Shown in pieces: positions 62,410 through 64,000 of a DNA stretch of 64,000 nucleotides. Position 1 is the first letter of the stretch, and every line of letters starts with the position of its first letter. A program made the position numbers and the translations under genes. Under the pieces are notes generated by a model. It was not told where the DNA came from. It was given only the letters and a program-made list of their open reading frames with translations, and did not search any database. The DNA comes from Bacteroidales bacterium (lineage in GTDB: Bacteria > Bacteroidota > Bacteroidia > Bacteroidales > UBA3824): NCBI GenBank assembly GCA_045628165.1, contig JAZQPB010000228.1:368-64367 (forward strand), given 5' to 3'.

Positions 62410-63168
62410 CTAAGCGAGCGACGGATCGCGCAGCACGAGCTTCACGAAATCCACATGCACGGGATTGTCGCCGGCAGGAGTCTCCAGCCTGATGGGGAAA
62501 AAGCTGTCCCTCATTATCCAGGTGCTGATGCTGTCCATCCACATGGAGCCCGATGCGCGGTCGGGATGCACCACATCGCCGCTTATCCTCGTATACCGCA
62601 GCGCCTTCGAGAGGAAAAACTGCCTCGGGCCGAATTTTCCCATCATCACATCGTTGATTCCGGTATCCTGCCTCCAGTTGGGCGGCCCCACCACCACCAC
62701 CGGCACACCGCAGCACTGCTGCACAATATTGTCGAAATACACGCCCCGGCTCATGGCGTCGCGCTTAAACATCTCGTTGGCGCCTATCACGAAAATTATG
62801 AACGTGGGCCTGTACTCATTAACATAATACTCCAGAGTATCGCACGAGGCGAAAGTCTTGGACGTGGCGCTCACCCACGATACCACCTTGAGGTCGTGGC
62901 CATTAGCTGTGCAGTAATTCTGGGCGCGGAACATGAGCGTATACGCCATCGAATCGCCTATCAGCAGTATGCGCTGGGGATCGCTGTTTACACGCGGATG
63001 CAGAGTCCTCGGATTCCGCAGCGTGGCACAGCCCTGCGCGGCCTGTATCTGAAACTCGCCGTACTGGATGCAATACCACAGCGAAGCGCCCAGCCCCGCC
63101 ACAATCACGGCCAGCGCCAATAGCAGAATCACACGCCGAGAGGCCTTAGGTTTTTCGCTTCTTGTCAT
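62410..63168 (-). CDS. SGNH/GDSL-family hydrolase
   Basis: 252 aa. N-terminal TM helix. Block I LLIGDSMAY and block V SGDVVHPD. Confidence 0.7.
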   Translation of the reverse strand: MTRSEKPKASRRVILLLALAVIVAGLGASLWYCIQYGEFQIQAAQGCATLRNPRTLHPRVNSDPQRILLIGDSMAYTLMFRAQNYCTANGHDLKVVSWVSATSKTFASCDTLEYYVNEYRPTFIIFVIGANEMFKRDAMSRGVYFDNIVQQCCGVPVVVVGPPNWRQDTGINDVMMGKFGPRQFFLSKALRYTRISGDVVHPDRASGSMWMDSISTWIMRDSFFPIRLETPAGDNPVHVDFVKLVLRDPSLA

Positions 63169-63196
63169 ATTATTTTCGGTATAAGGAAACCAAGGG

Positions 63197-63204
63197 ACAA
63201 AGGT
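63197..63204 (-). promoter_or_regulatory. -7 box TACCTTTG for the SGNH hydrolase gene
   Basis: The plus strand reads caaaggta, ~29 nt upstream of the ATG at 63168. Confidence 0.4.
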
Positions 63205-63241
63205 AATGAAATATTTTATATAACTGAAATAGTTTTTTTAT

Positions 63242-63249
63242 TAAATTTG
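63242..63249 (+). promoter_or_regulatory. -7 box TAAATTTG for the ECF sigma gene
   Basis: taaatttg. Its position argues that the real start codon lies downstream of 63258. Confidence 0.4.
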
Positions 63250-63257
63250 TATCGGAT

Positions 63258-63857
63258 TTGCAACCAAAACCAGCTATTATAAGTCTAATAATCAGAAAAA
63301 AGCAAGAATTGGAAGAAAAGGAACTGATAGAAAAATGCAGGAAAGGCGACCGCGGAGCCCAGTGGGAACTCTACCGGAAATACTCTCCCATGCTATTTGG
63401 AATATGCCTGAGGTACTCATCCAGCCGGGAGAGCGCCGAGGACATACTGCAAGAGTCGTTTCTTAAGATTTTTGCATCCATAGGCGGATACGAGGGCACA
63501 GGATCGTTTGAGGGATGGCTGCGCCGCATCACAGTAAATACCGCCATCACCTGCTACCACCAGAATCTGAAACACATGCACCACGAGGACGTGGACGACT
63601 ATGCCCAGACCATGGCCAGCGGAGAGCCCAACTTCGACCAGCAGGAGTTTACCCGCGAGGAGCTGCTCGGCGTGGTAAACTCACTGCCCGACGGATACAG
63701 GATGGTATTCAACATGTTTGCCGTGGAGGGATTCAAGCACAGGGAGATAGCCGATATGCTGGGCATCGACATCAACACCAGCAAGACACAATTCATGCGC
63801 GCACGCCTGATAGTGGTAAAGCGCCTGAACGAGCTAAAGAAATCACATGGAAAATAA
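63258..63857 (+). CDS. ECF-type RNA polymerase sigma-70 factor; start codon uncertain
   Basis: Region 2 (AEDILQESFLKIF...FEGWLRRITVNTAI) and region 4 (KHREIADMLGIDINTSKTQFMRAR). There is no in-frame ATG before region 2, so a TTG at 63258 or 63309 is the candidate start. Confidence 0.8.
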   Translation: MQPKPAIISLIIRKKQELEEKELIEKCRKGDRGAQWELYRKYSPMLFGICLRYSSSRESAEDILQESFLKIFASIGGYEGTGSFEGWLRRITVNTAITCYHQNLKHMHHEDVDDYAQTMASGEPNFDQQEFTREELLGVVNSLPDGYRMVFNMFAVEGFKHREIADMLGIDINTSKTQFMRARLIVVKRLNELKKSHGK

Positions 63858-63869
63858 TACTACTACACT

Positions 63870-64000
63870 ATGAGCACGCCAGAAGACTTGTATAAGGAAA
63901 AATTCAGCGGATACACCCCCGAGCCGCCCCAGAGCATTTGGAGCGGCATAGAGAGCCGGATGCCCAGGCAGGGATTCATGAGATTCAGCCTCCGCACCTT
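63870..64000 (+). CDS. 5' end of a CDS leaving the window, possibly the cognate anti-sigma factor
   Basis: The ATG lies 13 nt after the sigma stop. MSTPEDLYKEKFSGYTPEPPQSIWSGIESRMP. The call is positional only. Confidence 0.4.
   Translation, partial: MSTPEDLYKEKFSGYTPEPPQSIWSGIESRMPRQGFMRFSLRT

Overview
The window looks like a Bacteroidota (Bacteroidales-type) chromosomal segment. This is supported by a SusC/SusD pair, T9SS sorting domains, TAnnTTTG -7 promoter boxes and the uppS-bamA-skp-skp-murI synteny. About 53 protein genes are present, mostly on the minus strand, and I recognised no rRNA, tRNA, CRISPR array, integrase or transposase.

Housekeeping content: GH51 arabinofuranosidase, ilvB/ilvN, mltG, mqnD-like, PNP, lpxK, trmH-like, yqeY, rsmG, tgt, lptF/G, dprA, murI, skp x2, bamA, uppS, and two ECF sigma factors.

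Accessory content:
- (a) A sharply AT-rich ~6 kb defence island (about 7.4-13.4 kb). It carries an MboI/DpnII-type M-R-M restriction-modification operon and a three-gene ABC-ATPase / DUF4435-Toprim / 64-aa operon that resembles PARIS (AriA/AriB). It lies next to a 1389-aa STAND(AAA_16)-TPR protein.
- (b) A small AT-rich islet with a RelE/HigB-like two-gene pair (2.5-3.3 kb).
- (c) A SiaA/SiaB/SiaC-type partner-switching cluster. It has an output-less HAMP-GAF-PAS sensor, a divergent orphan CheR, and a large TerB-fused ABCG-type transporter (27-38 kb).
- (d) A T9SS cargo operon including a PorP/SprF-OmpA fusion and a tail-fibre-like S74 protein (38-43 kb).
- (e) A minimal SusC/SusD/SusE-F-like locus (49-56 kb).

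At the DNA level, the palindrome ATCAGCTGAT (core CAGCTG) is strongly over-represented outside the first 13 kb. Several families of structured or low-complexity intergenic repeats are also present: nested perfect palindromes, (T/A)TTAAAG heptad arrays, and TAGTTAGTAG-word hairpins.

All functional calls rest on motif recognition by eye. No searches were run.
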